Positions 51,946 through 64,000 of a stretch of DNA of 64,000 nucleotides are shown here, in pieces. This DNA comes from Isurus oxyrinchus (lineage: Eukaryota). The notes under the pieces are model-generated. The model had not been told where the DNA came from. It saw only the letters and a list, made by a program, of their open reading frames with translations, and did no database searches. How positions within the stretch are numbered: the stretch's first letter is position 1; each line of letters starts with the position of its first letter. The position numbers were made by a program, and so were the translations under genes. The stretch lies in contig JANJGN010000025.1 in the NCBI GenBank assembly GCA_026770705.1, positions 33,356,001-33,420,000 of the forward strand. The letters run 5' to 3'.

Positions 51946-54900
51946 TCCTAGAACTCTTCATCCCTCTGACTCTGGATTCTTGTGTATTGCCCACTTCCTA
52001 TACGCCATTAACAATCATTCGTTCAGCTTTCTACGCATCTCATTTTAGAATTCCCTCCTTAACACCGCTGCCACTATATCTCCAAGACCTTTCTTAGAAT
52101 TCACTATTTTGACCAAACTTATGGTCATCCCCTAATATCTCTTCTTTGGCTTGCCATCCATTTTTGTCTGATTATTGATTATTTTCTCTGTTATTGAACT
52201 TTTCAAAAAAATGTTTTGTCCCAGGTGATGGTTTCTCTGTTGGAAGAGCAAAGATTTTTTTTAAAATGACAATCAAGGTTGATGAATCTTTTATTTGTAT
52301 GTTACATGTGAATAAAAGAAAAGATCATCTACCTCATTGGATTTCCTCCAACTTATTAAAAGATGCATCCTGTTTCCACTGCTGGAATTAAGACAGCCCT
52401 GAGTCACACACTGAGGATATCCTATAGTGGTCAATGCCCTCAGTGATATTGTTGACACTGGTATGGCCACCAACCCACAAAGTCACCTAATTCTGCACCA
52501 TATAAATGCCTCAGCCATATGTTGGAGAAATTATTTGTTCTGATCTATTAATAAATAGAATCCTGGAACAGGTACATCTAGGTGCCCAGTCACCAGATAA
52601 ATCTACTAATGATTGTTCATCTACAGTTAAGTTTAATTTTCAATTCCATTTGTTATAGAGTCATTACGGCATAGGAGGTGGTCAGTCAGCCCATCGAGTC
52701 CATGCCAGCTATATGTGGAACAATCCAGTCCTATTCCCCTTCTCTATTCCTGTGGCCCCACAAGTTTAAACCGTAGTTTTCCCAACTTGGAGGAGTTATT
52801 CTATACAGCAGCTTTTTGAATGTTATTAATAGAATCTAATTCAATGCTGTAGAACACTGTTAAATGTGCTAGATAAACTTCCATGGGCCAGCTTCCCATC
52901 TCCTGAGAGATTTGGTCTTGTGCCACAGAGCTGATTGCAATCCACTGTTGTTTTATAACCTTTGCTTAGGGATTGGCTTCACTTGGCTCCTGGGAGAAAA
53001 TAATTTGGCACATTATGCAGTCAGACACAAGGTCTATTAGGCTGTATTTTGCGGAAGTGACATTCTTGCTCTTATTTGTGAGGAGATGGATAAAATGAAG
53101 GAATTACAATTTTTTGATCTAAGTGGAAATGAACTACTATTAGACTGAAACCCAAGTGCGTCCAAAATCAATTATGACCAGAATGCTAAAGAAAATAAGG
53201 CAGAACAATGATGGGTGAATAAACTGAGGCCAAAGCCAAAATCTGAGTTTGTGTACGTCAAAAGGTCGAAAAGGAGAGCAACAGGAGCTGTCTTTATACA
53301 AGATTCAAATGTCTAAATGTAACAAGCTGGCTGGATACCAGTTGGAACAAAATGCCACAACTGATGCAGGTAGAAATTTAAAGCACAAGCATCGATTGTG
53401 ATAACAAAGCTAGCCAATAAATCCAGTCAAAAATAAGATGTTTGTTTTTAAAAATCTATGTATATGTCATTAAAATGGTTGATGTGCTGATGATTTGCAT
53501 CACATATCCTAATTACCACAAGGCTGACAAGACCATGTGGCTTCCATGGAATTATAAGTAGCAAACCCTTGGTGAAAGCAGCAACAATTAAAATGGTCAA
53601 AAAAAATTAATTCCTAAAGATAGTGTTAAAAATAAAAATCATAAAACAAAATTCCAAAAAGCTTTACAGTACAAATTTTCTCAGTTCACTGAAACTGCAG
53701 TTAATTTATGCGATTTTAATTTCTGAAGCATTTCTGTCCCATTATAGGCCAGTTTCTGTTCTCATTAAGCAGTAGATCCAAGCCCGATACTTTATAACAT
53801 TGAGTGCTGGCAAAGTCACTCAAGACGTGCTTCAAAAATTGAAATCAGGAATTCCGCTGGAGTTAGGCAATGAGGAAAAACATAAATTTTAAAGCCCATA
53901 TTCAAGTGCTGGTTGAGGGTGAGGTAGGTGGTGAGAACTCATTTATATATTGGAAGATGCTTTTCTCCTTTTAGAGCTACCAAGGGGGCAATTCCATGGC
54001 ACTGAGTTAGGGATAGCACTGTTGTTACATGTGAGGGTGCCCTCCCACATCTCTGGTTTGCAGACCAGGTTCAGGGCACAAGGCAAATCCACCTTAACAA
54101 CTCAATGCTGCATGAAGTACAACTAGAAACAGCAGCCATGGAACTGGGCATTCAGCCATCAGACAGCGCTCAAGTTTGAGTAGAAGGGTTGAACCCACAT
54201 CAATATTACCATGGTGGGGTTCTTAAGTGCATCTCCTTCACAGGGCAACCATCACCTCCTTTCATCAATCACTGCCATTCCAAGAACCTGTTGTTTGGAG
54301 GTGAGCAAGGGAATATAGAGGGGGAGGCGGTGGGGGCAGGAAGAGAAACTTGTTGATAGAAGGGGAGGAAAATGCAGATATTTTACATTCCTCAGAACCA
54401 CCATATCTAATCAGTGCAAAATTAGGTACAGGACTAAGATCAAGTGTAGGAGTCATAGATTTAAATGTATGCTTCAGCCACATGTCAAACAAGCAAGTAG
54501 CAAAAGTAGACTGAAAATGTGTGAGCTGCACATGCAGATACACACAGAGACTGGGAGTCAAACAATGGAAGACAGAGACTTAAAGAACAGCGTAAAAGCA
54601 GAGACAGTTACAGGGAAATACAGATATTTGACATTTTTGTCCATAAGCAACATCACAATAGGTTAACTTGCCCTTTTGATGAGCAGAAAGTAAGGCAAAC
54701 TACAGGCATCAAAAAGAACAGGTGTACAACCTGTTTAAATTTGTTTAAATTATTAATATTAAATATTTGTTTAAATTAAAAAACGAGCAAAAAATGTAAA
54801 GGTAAGTGAACAGAGACAATGAATTACAACAACCATCAAACTCAAAAGACCTAAAATTACACATGGAATATTAGCAAAGATGCAAATAAAATTTTTTAAC

Positions 54901-55289
54901 ACTTAAAAGAAATACATTAAGTGTTCATACACTTAGGTCTCGCATTCTAATTTCAAAACATAAGAATATTGACAAAAAATATTGAAAAGGTTGTTGCAAA
55001 GGCAATGCTAAGTAGAGCAGAATGTTATTCTTGGCTGGGAAATAACAAGCTTCTGCTCCCAACACATGGCCAGAGGGGGGAATAGCCCACAACTTGATTT
55101 CTCCAGAATGTTTTCCAGACCTGGTTCAACTATAGCAGTGAATGAGAAAGATTGTATATACTTACACAAAATAGCTTTTATGCTGAGCTAAATTTAGTAC
55201 AGCATTAACACAAAAGTGGCAGATCTGGTAGCAAATTATTGAAGACATAAGATGCTTTCACTGCACTCATAGCTCATTCTATATTTTTG

Positions 55290-55670
55290 TAAGAGTTTTT
55301 TATCGAATTCCTGCCTCAGAGTCAGAAGGTCATGGTTTGAAGCTCCTTTCCAGGACAGCAATGTAGCACTGAGAGAGTGCGCTTTGTTATTGGAGGTGCC
55401 ATCAATTGGATGAGATCGCAACTGAGGCCTGTCTGCATCTTTAGGTGCGTGTGAAAGAGAAGAGAATGAGAGTTTATTCCTCAACAAAAGCCAAACTGAT
55501 TTAACTGGTCATCTGTCTTGTTATGGGACTTTGCTGTGCACATATTGGCTACAACCATTGCCAAGAAAATATCAATAACTTCACTTCCAAAGTACAGTAA
55601 CTAATTGGTTACGAAGCACGTTAGGACATTCGAAGGATGTGAGAAGTACCTTATAAATGCAAGCTCGTTT
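55290..55670 (+). mobile_element. DeuSINE copy, diverged
   Basis: ggtgccatcaattggatgagat...ctggtcat...ttgctgtgcacatattggct...ataaatgcaag; a further 3' piece lies at about 37590-37775. Confidence 0.65.
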
Positions 55671-56416
55671 GGTCCATATTGCACATTTGTTTTGGAGCAA
55701 AAAGATCAATACTGAACAGGAACACAATTTAATGAGGTTGAACTGCAATATATGTAAATGGTATACAATTTAAAAAGGTCTCTAACATAATATTTATAAT
55801 TAGTTCAACTATCTCCACTACAATCTGAAACACTCAGTGGAAGCTACACAGTGGCAATTACATTAGGTATCCCACGGAAACATCACTAAAGCTGTACCTC
55901 CAAATAAAAGTTAACCAAACTGGAGAAATCAACCATGAAATTTCTAAACTTAATTGTGGCAACTGGAACATTATCCTTTCTAAATGATCAGCCAATATCA
56001 AACAAAGTTTGAGCATGCATATACAATCAAAAATGAAAATTGCCAAAGGAAATCATGGTTTTTAGCCTCAGAAATATGTACTGAATCAACAGACAAAAAA
56101 AGGAATGAGGTGTCCATGCCCTAAATTTCAGTGGGAAGAAAGGGGAAGAGAGCAAGGAGGGGGAAGATGGAAAAAGCAGTGGAAAACTGAGCAACAGGAA
56201 TACTAACCAAGTAAAAATAAATAGGGGGGGAAGTCTGCAAAACAAATCAGTGGAAGGTTTCACTCTTTAAAATTAGTTCACAAAATACCAACTGCACATT
56301 TCAGTTAATCAGCAATTATTTGAGCAATCTGTCTTAACTCAATACGCAGAAGGTACTTGGCTTGACGCAATAGCGACAGAGAAGATCATGCCTTGACAGC
56401 TATATTTTTTTTTTAC

Positions 56417-56544
56417 CTTGAAACATACTGGTGGATACAATCAAAACTTGCTTGAGGCTTGTCTTTGCTGTCAGTCGACAAGTAGAATGAAAAACACCGC
56501 ACACCATCATGACAGTCTGATTTAGGAGCAGGAATTTTGATGTA
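56417..56544 (-). CDS. ELL3: ELL-family exon (equivalent to exon 3): YIKIPAPKSDCHDGVRCFSFYLSTDSKDKPQASFDCIHQYVS
   Basis: ttttatagcag|TAC...TCAAG|gtaaaa; 128 nt, phase 0 to 2; matches ELL N-terminal motif F.FYLS...D.PQ.SFDCI.Q. Confidence 0.93.
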
Positions 56545-57189
56545 CTGCTATAAAAAAGTGAGAGATGCTTCAATGACTTAAAATTTTTGTAGAAACATAA
56601 GATAACATACTTTACTGTTACAACCGATTAACAATATAATAATAAATTGTAAACAACTGCACACTGCTGTAATATAACTCAACATTTGAAATGTAGAACT
56701 GTACTGCATAAAAGGCAGCCATTTGACCCATTGTGCCTGTGCTGGTTCTTTGGAAGAGTTATCCAAATAGTCTCACTCCCCTGCCCTTTCCCCCATAGTT
56801 CTGCAAATTCTCCCCTTCAAATGCTTATTCAATTCCCTTCTGAAAGTTATTATTGAAACTGCTTAAACCACCTTTTCAGATGGTGTATTCCAGATCAAAA
56901 ATGGCTGTGTAAAAAAAAAGCTCCCCTCCTGAAACATTTAAGCTTGCCATATTCCAGCTTCTGCAATGGTTCAAACAGAAGAACAAGTGATGAACACAAA
57001 AGAAAAAAGCTTTTCAAATGTTTTACTATTGTACCAGCAAATTAGCAATGCTGAACACACTGCAACCACCAAGCAAACCTTCAGGCACGTATTAACTTCA
57101 ACATTTATGGCCTGTAGCACTGTACAAAGCAAGTTTTTACTGGGGATCAGGGCCATAGAGCTCCAAATTCTATAGTAATATAAAGCTTA

Positions 57190-57490
57190 GGAGGTCTTGT
57201 GGCGCAGTGGCAGTGTCCCTATCTCTGAGCCAGAAGCTCCAGGTTCAGGTCCCACTTCAGGACTTGATGGCCATGGAGACTGCATTCATAATGTGGTTAA
57301 AAAAGTTGATTGTCATCCTTCCAAGATGCCTGATGGCAGGTGGTAAGACCATGAGTGTTTCTTGGTCAGCTATACTGCAGAAGGCAACAGCAAACCACTG
57401 CAGTACTTTGCCAAGCATAATCATGGACCAATCCAATGGAAGTCCATGGTCACCAACACCCTCTTAGGGCGTGGGACCTGGTGGAGGAGG
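57190..57490 (+). mobile_element. tRNA-derived SINE, same family as 27603-27910
   Basis: gtggcgcagtgg A-box, ggttcaggtccc B-box, shared body. Confidence 0.8.
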
Positions 57491-58443
57491 AATATAAAGT
57501 TTGCTACGATACATAATTGTTATGATGTCGGTGGAGACCAGTAACTTTTTAAAAGAAATTCGAACTCCCAGTTATTAACTGAAAGAATGCCACAAGATTT
57601 CACGTTTTAAAATAAAAAAAACTTCTCTGTTTAAGAATAAAACAAAACAGGTACTAATAACACTATATTTCATAAATAGTTATACTTTAAGCCCAAAAAT
57701 CACAACAGACCACTTCCTGTTCTATTTTCATTTCCACCTAAGAGTTCCCCTATACGTTCAAGGATATTGAATGTTCTTTCACTTTTCCTGGGGCCAAATA
57801 AAGGTGTGCCTCTCAGAAATTCACTTTGATATTTCCCAATGTTCCCAATATTTTCCAAGAAATAAGATTTCTTGGGGTCCTTTCACTAGCATCTGAAGAG
57901 GCGAACCCTTCAGCTTTCCTCCAACACCTCATGATTGTGGACTCCCCACGTCATAGGCCTCGCTACATTATTGTTTAGTGACGCCAAATCAGAAAACACC
58001 TATGGTTTCTGACAACCTTCTGCTCCTGGTCCACATCTGCTTCACAGCTCCTTGCAGATTTTCTCTCTACCTGTCCCAATGCTGCTTTCGAGCAGATTTC
58101 AACTACCTGCTTCTATGAATCCACGTATAAAACCCCCAAAACCAATAACAAAACTTCCCCGCAATCTATCCCCATAGCCATGTGACACACCTGGGATATC
58201 CTAGATAGAGGTTAGAACTAATTTATTTTCAAAACATCCCTTTGATTCTAAGGCCCACATGAATAATTTATATCTTTAATAGGGACAAGTGTAATCTTAC
58301 CAGACTCGCCGAGCCCAAATCTAAGAGAGGACCACCTGTTGTTTACTGTTTTCAAACCTCTAACACTAATCACTTTGAAGTAAACATGGACCATCCTTTG
58401 AATGGTAATTCACTTTGGGATGTTAACCAGTTTCTCAAATCCA

Positions 58444-59172
58444 GGGCCAGGCTTTTTGGGATGGCAAGTTTTCCCTTCCCGCCATCCAAAGAATTGACAC
58501 TGTGTACCCTGCAGCAATTTCACACTCCAATGGGCATTAATTAGCTGCAGACAGGACTACCACCCCTCACTTTGGAGAAATTCCCACCTCAGAGAGCTGC
58601 CGGCCAATCAGATTGGCCAGCAGCTCTATAGTCCCTGCAGGGCCAGAAGCTGAGGTGGACAGGACTGGTACTGTGTGAAGCGACCGCAGCCTAAGTCTCG
58701 AGATTCCAGGAAAAGGTAAGTTTTGGGGGTCTCAGGGCAGGAAGGGTAGGGGAGGCCTAGGTTGGGTGGACAGTGGGGGACTGGGCTATCAGTGGAGAGG
58801 CCGGGAGGGGGTGGGGGTCCTGTGGCTACTGGATCTTAAACTGGGGGGGGGGGGGGGGGGGGGGAGGCGCCCGATGTTCAAAGGCCCGCCCCCCCCCCAC
58901 CACAAACTTGTTTACTTTCAGGCTTCCCCCATACCTGGAACTCCTCCCGCCAGACTAAAAATTGAGATTGGGCGAGAAGTGGCCCTTAAATGGTAAATAT
59001 TTGGCCACTTAAGGGCCTCAATTAGGGCAAGGGTGGGCAGGCCAGCTGAGGCTTCACCTGCCCCAGCATGAAATTGCAGAGGGGTTGGGGCAGGAGGGAA
59101 GCCCATCCGAGGAACTTTACGTTCACCTCCTGCCTACAAACCCACCAGCGGGGGAGCGTGAAATTCTGCCCC
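58444..59172. mobile_element. GC-rich non-autonomous DNA element (PIF/Harbinger-like termini)
   Basis: gggc.../...aaattctgccc ends; related sequence at about 33475-33540 plus 34720-34830 and about 630-1270. Confidence 0.45.
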
Positions 59173-60282
59173 AGGGTTTTTTCCCCAATTATCTTGCATT
59201 TAAAATTCAATTCCCAAAACTAAAAACTACACTCCCAAAACATACAAATTATAAAATTAGATATTCATAACAGTACATTGTCCATTCAAAACTTACAGAA
59301 TATGGTCTGAAACACTGCACAGTACATGTGGTTAATGCAACCAGCACTGCCACCGTCAGTTCAATTTTGAAGGTATAAATCCAAAAGTTATTTAAAAATG
59401 AAAATTACTTGATGCCACGAAATCAGTCCAAGGATGTATGTTGCGTACAAATCAGAACACTGAGCAAGTACTGCACATGATTTTAGTAAATCTATACCAC
59501 ATTCATTCTGTGCCATAGTGACAGGACCATTGTTGAAGTCCTGCACGTGCGAAGCACTTTACACAACAATTTTGTTTTCTTTCAGCTTTTATCATCATTG
59601 ATGGCTATTAATCAGGGACAGAAAATTTAGCAAATTGTTGAACCAGAATACCATACTTAAATCAGTGGGGAGAAATATCTTCAAACTTCCATTGATCTCT
59701 CACGGGCAAATTTCCACTTGCCAGTTCAAATGCTAGAATCTCCAGTACTACCTCTTCACACATCGTGACTGCACGAGCCAACTCCAACAGCTTTGATTCA
59801 CAATATGCTACTTTTTTGAAACTGAAATGGCCCTATTTCAAATGTTTTAGTTCAATTATTTCTAATCATTTGAATGAACGTGATTTTTTTGTATTGCTAG
59901 CTATTCATTTATTTATTTCTCACAGTTTAACACAGGTTTCTGTTACAGGGCTCAGTACATCATCATTTCCCTTGTGAAGATTAAAATGCAAGAATTTGCT
60001 ACATTTATAAAAAATATTTGGAATAGGACTTGTATAAATAAAAATAAGCAGAAAATTATAATTTCCCCTGCATGGTCTCGGCCTCAGTTTAGGTAGTGCT
60101 AAACTGAACTTTCATTCAGGCTTGAAAGACTTGATCCAAGCTGTTGGAGTCTTCCAATTGTTAGCTCTAAAAAATGTAGTGTTTTTTTTCAAATCAACAA
60201 ATGGCTGCATATGTTTTGAACATACATTTTACGCTGCACCTTTTTCACAGAAACTCAAACTTCTATTTATACTCTGCATGGC

Positions 60283-60765
60283 CCAACTGAAATTGTATGC
60301 ACTGCTGCGTGTTTCAGGTTTGAAATGCTTTTTTTAGATTCAATGGCATAATATGCCTTACAATTGTAGAAATTCAACTAGGGTTATTAGGTTTTAAAAT
60401 GTTAACGCACAAGATATTTAACTATACCTTTATGGCTACTTTACAAGTACTTGATAAGGTTGGGAGTTCCTTAACCTATTAGTAATATTTAGCAAATATC
60501 TCAACATACATTTTTATCATGTTTAGGTTCTACTGTTAGCTGTTTCACCTAATGAGGTGGCAAGTTTAAGGGTTGTAAATAGCAAATAAGTAAATTAACT
60601 GAATAAACTGGGCTTTTCCTGATGAACCTTTAGAGTTATTAGATTGTGCCCAAAAATCTAATTACCCTAATTGAATTTCTGCAATTGTAAGGCATATTTT
60701 GCCATTGAATCTAAAAGAAGCCCTTCAAACCTGAAATACGCAGCAGTGCATACAACTTCAGTGAG
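60283..60765. repeat. Well-preserved inverted repeat, about 115-bp arms (60283-60398 and 60652-60765)
   Basis: actgaaattgtatgcactgctgcgtgtttcaggtttgaa vs ttcaaacctgaaatacgcagcagtgcatacaacttcagt; tagattcaatggca.aatatgccttacaattg vs caattgtaaggcatattttgccattgaatcta. Confidence 0.9.
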
Positions 60766-61394
60766 CTACTGACAAAAGGAGAAAATTGTTCTGTGTGCAG
60801 TTGGTCTCTTAAATGTGACAAACCCATCAGGAATTGGATAGCAACAAATTAACCCCTGTAAAATGAGTCTGGGTTTATCCCCAAGGATTTCTAGAATAAG
60901 CTGTAAATGGGAAAGGGGTTCTAAAAAAAGAAAATACTCCATGGTCCTAGCGATAAAATCAGAGATTATCCCTGCATTTTTCAGATATCCTATTGCTTCC
61001 AGCCAATATTCTGCAAGTTGGAAATTTCAAAGCAATGGTTTCCGAGAAGTACCTGCTATAAATGTTGAACAGAAAATCTTTACTCTGCTCCTAATTTTTA
61101 ATTTCCCAATTAGGAAATAGTTTGAACGTTTTATTTCATGCTCAGCATTAGAACATGTATGCATTCAACAAAGCAAGACAGAATTTCAGCAAAATATTCA
61201 TGTTCAGTTAAGATGCCCCAAATAAGTCTTACTATAAACAAGACCCACTATCAGGGGCCAATTTCATGCCACATAAGTTAGAAATGTATTTAAAGCCAAA
61301 TCTGTTTTCTCCTATATTGCACATCACAAATTATCTACCCAATGTACAGTACTTACTTTCAGGAAGTTGACTGCACATCTAAATAAAGCAACAG

Positions 61395-61565
61395 CAAAGC
61401 AAAATGCTGTGAACGCTGGAAATCTGAACTAAAAACAGAAAGAGCTGGTCTGGTAGCATAGGAGGAGAGAGAAACAGAGTTAATGTTTCAAATCAAATAT
61501 GGTTCTTCTCTCCTCCTATGCTGCCATACCTGCTATTTCCAACATTTTCTATTTTTATAGCAGAC
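61395..61565. mobile_element. Short decayed foldback of Penelope termini
   Basis: ggtagcataggaggagaga vs tctctcctcctatgctgcc; a similar older element lies at about 10420-10580. Confidence 0.6.
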
Positions 61566-64000
61566 TGAAAGAACAGGTAGAGAGAGTTAGAGACAAGGCC
61601 AAAAGGTGGTATGGTGGACAGATTTTGGAAGTGTGCTCCAGAGGGCATGATCATATATGTTGAAAGAGCAGTCTGCACTGGCGGAGTTAAGCTGATGAGG
61701 AATGAAGAGTAGATCAGTGCCAGAGAAGTGAAAGGTGCAAGCAGGTTCACAAGGCTGAACAAAGTCACCAGGTAAGATAGGTTGTGGCTTTTCAAGCAAT
61801 TATACTTGAAGTTATCAACAGTTTCATAGCTAAAATCCAAAATCTTTTGGAAAAAAACATGATTTTACTTTTTCCAACTAACAAGACTTTCTTTAGCAGC
61901 AAAGAGCAGGTGGTACTTGTGTTGTTTAATCAGGTCATCAGTTCAGCGAGTTTTGAATATTGACAATGTCTTGCTAATTGGCAACTTGAAATTTCTGGCT
62001 GATATTGTGTCGGCTTGTTCTCGGTTCTGGTTTAGCAGATATCAGCTGAAGTAATAATTGAAGTGCCCCAAATTCAATGCTGGGCGCACCGAGGAACAGA
62101 AAAAACAGCCACGCGGCTCCCACTCCCAAATGCTGTTCAGTAATCCCTGATAAAAATCTATGCATGCCTGGATCTCAGCTGAGGCCAGGATCATGCACAG
62201 ATTTGGCAAACCCCACCTCACCCTCCAATGCCCCATCATCATATAAGCCTACCAATTTGACTCAGTGCCTAGGTTCACACACAAAGAAGAACAGCTACCC
62301 AAATGACATGCCAGGGAACTTACTTCACCTGCAAAGGCTCTAATACGAATAAGTGCCATTAGGAGGGAGAAAATTGTATGGCGCAGGAGTGGGCTGTATG
62401 TCATCAGGACATTTGCCCAACAGAAATAATGATCAAACAAATCCTAACTTAGGGGGTTGGCATCAATCTCCATTCCATGTTTTCATTACTTCCTAAGTTA
62501 TGTATAATTGTTGTGCTCAATGTTATATGCATGGTAATGTGTAAGGGATTCCAATAATATTAACATTTTCATAACTCACAAAAGAATGGCTTGCTCCGTC
62601 TAAAGGTTTTCTACTGATTATCCTACCAGTATTGCTGAAACTCTTGCATGTCTGTGTTTGTTATGACAATTCACAGTAATTATTTACGCGTTCTTTTTCT
62701 GCATATATGAAATGAAGAACCATTTTATTAAAAATTGAGGTCTTTCAATTGCAGTAATTTTAACTCAAGTGTTAAAGATCAGAACCTTTAACATCACAAG
62801 GAATTACAGAAATTACAATTTGTCAAAATATTTTTAAACAGTGAGGATGACTAGAGAAGTGAAATCTAGTGGTAGCTTTCTTTAATCCAATTGGAAATTT
62901 TGTGGCAGTATTGTAAAATGTTGTACAGTGGTATTTTTTTAAGAAACAAAATATGCTTGAATAGCCTCATTCTTGTTGTTACAAGCTCATGCTCTATTCT
63001 GTTTCTGCATGTCAGGTACGTTGCCACACCTCCAGGTGACTGGTTTGCATGACTAGTTGCTGTTATCAGCACAATTCCCTAGACAGAGCTTTTCCTTAAA
63101 TAGCAACTGAAAGCACACCCATGGATTTTTTTGTTAAACAGATTAAACAAAACATCATTCCATCATAGAGGGTTTTAAACCTGCTCAAATTAAAAAGTAA
63201 ACATTGTGCCACAATTTAGACTGCAATAATTATTGTGCTTCCGAGACTCTTTAATCTTTCTTTTTAAGCTTTTACTGAAGTTCTGTAAAGTGTGGTGATT
63301 TTATACTTAACCTCATATTAAAATTAAGAAAGTTGCTCCACCAAGGGCTCAGCTGATTAAGTTTGTGAGCAGCTGAGTCACAGAGATCAGGGGGGTCCCA
63401 GGTTCCCTACCTGTGTTCAGCTACCTGATCCCAGCCTGAACAGCATTAGAGGCATCATTATTTTCTTCAGAGCCCTGAACAGAGAACAAAACGCATAAAT
63501 ATATATTTTTCAAATAAAGAGGGATTCTCACTTCTGATCACCATTAAACAAACACCTGGTGCCTGCACAGCTCTCAGATGAAAACAGGATTTGCGATACC
63601 TCCTCAATTAAAGAACCAGCTGACATGCATTATCCAGACCCTCAGAAATAAAAGCTATTTAATACTATAACTCAATATGTGCCAATAATGGTGGAATTGT
63701 ACTGAGCAAAGTATCAAATCTTTGAGAAGGGAGAAGAAACATGGAAGAAAAAAAAGCAGTAAAACATTACTTGGGCTGCACTCGTGCTAAATTTACTAAA
63801 CTCCTATGTAACACGGAGTGTTGATGTCTATTCTTACCATACTCATAATCATAGAATGGTTACAGCACAGGAGGAAGCCATTTGGCCCACCATGCCTGCA
63901 CCGGCTATTGGCAAGATCAACTCAACCAGTTCGGTTTCTCTTTCCCCCACCACTCCCCTTGTTCCCCATAGCCCTGCAACCTTTTCTCTTCAGATAATGA

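Larger units (their letters stand above)
12895..56544 (-). other. ELL3: Gene model (5'-incomplete): ELL-family RNA polymerase II elongation factor, ELL3-like; 10 coding exons in window
   Basis: Ten exons (128,164,266,125,115,499,64,172,45,108 nt = 1686 nt) with canonical AG/GT ends and matching phases translate without internal stops. They encode an ELL N-terminal domain and a C-terminal occludin/ELL domain. The paralog call rests on recalled ELL3-like residues (ESW; IGxxxQxFIxLGxxIK; YREEKxRCEYLHxKLSHIKxLILE). Confidence 0.85.

Noticed and set aside
58843-58864. Long G/C homopolymers (also about 728-748, 3715-3730 and 41145-41171) as functional G-quadruplexes
   Set aside because: Mostly slippage-prone tracts within or beside repeats; their lengths are unreliable in assemblies.
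56550-64000. Exons 1-2 and promoter of the ELL gene
   Set aside because: No short exon resembling the ELL 'P.I.FQG..G' segment and no CpG island were found. A 37-nt candidate near 60854-60890 has a weak donor, the wrong phase and no similarity.

Overview
Vertebrate, AT-rich and repeat-dense genomic DNA; the repeat families point to a cartilaginous fish (shark), which is an inference. The main gene lies on the minus strand. It is an ELL-family RNA polymerase II elongation factor, most likely ELL3. Ten GT-AG coding exons between 56544 and 12895 splice in frame to 561 aa plus stop. The first two exons were not found and presumably lie to the right of the window. Introns and the 3' flank hold Penelope-like elements (RT + GIY-YIG, Neptune-type Cys linker) with target-site duplications, foldback structures and minimal hammerhead ribozymes. 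Also present are CR1/L2 LINE fragments, several SINE families (including DeuSINE/SacSINE1-like), MITEs and probable solo LTRs. The most unusual object is a 1.17-kb multimer of tRNA-like heads and hairpin bodies with foreign linkers, inserted as one unit between a perfect 15-bp target-site duplication (33543-34713). Other leads are a frameshift shared by two independent Penelope copies, an ELL3-like protein of full ELL/ELL2 length, tandem CTCF motifs, long intronic inverted repeats and possible decayed exons at 2-6 kb. Most ORFs in the supplied track are spurious.
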